Below the pieces are notes generated by a model. That model searched no databases. It was not told the DNA's origin and saw nothing but the letters and a program-made list of their open reading frames with translations. This document shows positions 61,804 to 64,000 of a stretch of 64,000 nucleotides of DNA, piece by piece (within the stretch, counting starts at the first letter, position 1; each line of letters begins with the position of its first letter). The stretch comes from Selaginella moellendorffii. Its lineage: Eukaryota; Plantae; Lycopodiophyta. The translations under genes were made by a program, and so were the position numbers. The DNA lies in the NCBI RefSeq assembly GCF_000143415.4, contig NW_003314403.1, positions 4,316-68,315 of the forward strand, in the 5' to 3' direction.

Positions 61804-64000
61804 ATGGCCTTCAGGGTTGGGGAAAAGGTTTACATTTTGAATGGTGGGAAGAGAGTTGCAAAAGGAACCCTTGTGTCTATGGATCGCAACTTTGTTATAC
61901 ACTGTCAAAGGCTTAGGGAAGGCAATGCTGCTGTATCAGTAGAGACTGTCTTCGATGGGAATGTGGTCGCTATTGAACGAGGAGAGATGGTCGTCGGGGT
62001 AAATGTTGTTGTTGCCTTGAAAAATCTGCAGAAGAAAGCAGATGTTGGGGACAGCGCAAGTGCAACGCATGTTCCCTCCGTGGATCTTAAGAACCGTGCT
62101 ACATGGATTCAGGCAAAGGTGTTTCTAAACAACCCCGAGGGGGAGGTGGTAGCTGAGGGCTTAGCCACAGTTGTCGATCCAAGAGATGCGGTTGCCAATC
62201 ACGAATTGGGCTGGGATGATATTGGAGTTGCGATTTTAGAGGTTGTTGACGCAGAAGAAAACAGTCTGACTATTGGAAGCATTGTGCGGTGGAAATTGAG
62301 GCATTTAGTGTTTGAGAATGTGAAGGATTCACAATCAAACACCACTACAAATAATGACAGAACATCTCTTCATGGGAAAAGAAAGTACACCTTCCTAAAG
62401 TGCAGCTAAAGGGATCTGAGCAACGAACCGAAAAGGCAGAAAATGGCGATGGAGGTTCGAATGGTCTCGACAGTTGCTTGTTGCAAGAGGAGGTGCTGTC
62501 AACATGCTGATTGGGATGCTATTGAAGAGGAGAGAGCAAGATACAAGACATTGTCCTGGAAGGCAGCTCGCAATGTTGTGTATGAGGCATTATGGTCATC
62601 TGTTGATGCTTCAGAACATCAGGTGGGGGGCATGGTCTTCCAGAGGGGTTTGGTCTGCATGAAGGCATGGAGAATCATTTATGGAGTCCCTTGAAGCACA
62701 TTCTACAGAATCAAAACTGAGTTCGAGGAACAAAGGGTTCAACAGGCAGTCCATGGGAACGACGGTACGCACAAAACCGGGGGTCATGTTGTATATGGAG
62801 AGGCAATCTTCAAGAGGTTTGTCGAGACATGTAGCGAGCAACAACCACATAAAACCCGCCTCTTGGAAGATGGAACACGAGACACCCAACAAGTTCTCCC
62901 TTCCATGTATACCAAGGGGGCTATATTGGAAGATGTGAATCGGGAACTCCAGAGTAATGGCTATAGGAAGCTGAGCCAATCTAGATTTAGTAGATTGTGG
63001 AGAAACAGGTTCAGGGATGTGAGTATAGGAAAGTACTCCAGCTTTTCAAAGTGTGACGAGTGCACTGCTATCAAAATGGCTTTGTCGAAGAATTCTTGCA
63101 GCACTCAAGAGCGAGAGACGTTGGTTAGAAGGCGGTTCGACCACAACATTGAGCAGAGAAGCTGCAGGACTGCATATTATCATAACAGGATTCTCTCCAT
63201 AGAGAGACCTGACTCTTACCTCTGCATCATCCACGACAAAATGGACCAGAAAAAGACGTGCTTACCTCGACTCAATCCTGCCCCCAAGGCAATCTCTTCA
63301 TCCATGCAGCTGCCTGTGTCTCTGTTTGGCATAATCGCTCATGGGCATGGTGCCCAGAACTATGGGAACTTCTTTGTACCTCTATGGGGTGGCGGGGGTG
63401 CAAACATGATGATTGCGTCCCCAGCAAAACACTTAAGGTCTTTGCAAAGTGCGCAGACTGAGCTGAAAGGCCAACCCTTGCATAAGGCCCTTGTCGATCG
63501 AACCCCATACAAGGTTCAACTGGAGGAGGAGCAAAGGCTTGCAGTATCGCGTGGGGCCCCATGCCATCCCAGTGAATATGTTGGCCATCAGATTGTAGGG
63601 TTATCACGTGAGGCCTCATGCCATTCCGACGAGGCTGGTCGCCTGGTGAATGCACAGCCTCATCCAAACGAAGCAGAATCTCAAGGAAGTTCTTGCAGCC
63701 AATGTGGCCTTCCACCCCATCTTCTGCTCCAAACAGACAATGCTGGCAGTGAGAACAAAAACATGTACGTCTTCGCGTACTTGGTGATGCTTGTTGCCAA
63801 AGGCATATTTGAACGGTTACACTTGGCTTTCTCATGGTTGGGCACACTCATGAAGACGTCGATGCCATGTTCAGTCACCTGGCAGAGTCCCTCCGGTGAT
63901 CCAATGTCCTCACCCTCCCACAACTCTACAATGAATTCCAAAATTGCATCAAAGGCACTGTTGAAGCTGCACTTGTGACAGAGGTTCCAGACTTTAAGGG
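61804..64000 (+). pseudogene. Sola1-like transposase, copy B, with two N-terminal Tnp1/En/Spm-like small beta domains
   Basis: VAKGTLVSMD..IHCQRL and VAEGLATVVDP..VANHELG repeats; stops TAA 62407 and TGA 62692 (CAA and CGA in copy A); 1-nt frameshift near 63812. Confidence 0.78.

Larger units (their letters stand above)
53628..64000 (+). mobile_element. Large DNA transposon, copy B (left TIR; runs off the window)
   Basis: AAGCTCTATTTCGTTAAAGTGGGA TIR at 53628-53651; shares the 22-bp palindromes and transposase with copy A. Confidence 0.88.

Noticed and set aside
53722-63624. 22-bp palindromes as a CRISPR array
   Set aside because: Spacing is irregular (tens to thousands of bp), copies sit inside genes and introns, no cas genes, eukaryotic context

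Overview
Left chromosome end of a compact-genome land plant. Plant (CCCTAAA)n telomere, ~50-70 nt introns and telomeric Penelope-like elements (PLEs) suggest a lycophyte such as Selaginella; the species is inferred. 1-7156: three telomere tracts alternating with two 5'-truncated, near-identical endonuclease-less PLEs. Each PLE has a hammerhead ribozyme in its 3' region, and the longer copy has a canonical -1 frameshift signal between ORF1 and RT. 7157-21400: nested, rearranged TEs (gag broken by telomere healing, solo LTRs, right part of a large DNA transposon, copia remnant, 5S-containing Cassandra-type TRIM). 22.6-42.8 kb: eight host genes (PP2C, OBERON-like, hevein-GH18 chitinase, NUDT3/DPP III, GBF bZIP, NCL, G6P 1-epimerase, KS dehydrin) plus pirin. 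43.6-53.6 kb: decayed LTR elements and a TRIM. 53.6-64 kb: left part of the same DNA transposon. The best candidate for a new system is this ~13-kb TIR transposon. It combines a Sola1-like transposase, a divergently transcribed multi-exon gene with ParB-like, N4/N6-methyltransferase-like and FCP1-phosphatase-like domains, and roughly 28 dispersed copies of one 22-bp palindrome, several inside tiny introns. All domain calls are by eye; no searches were run.
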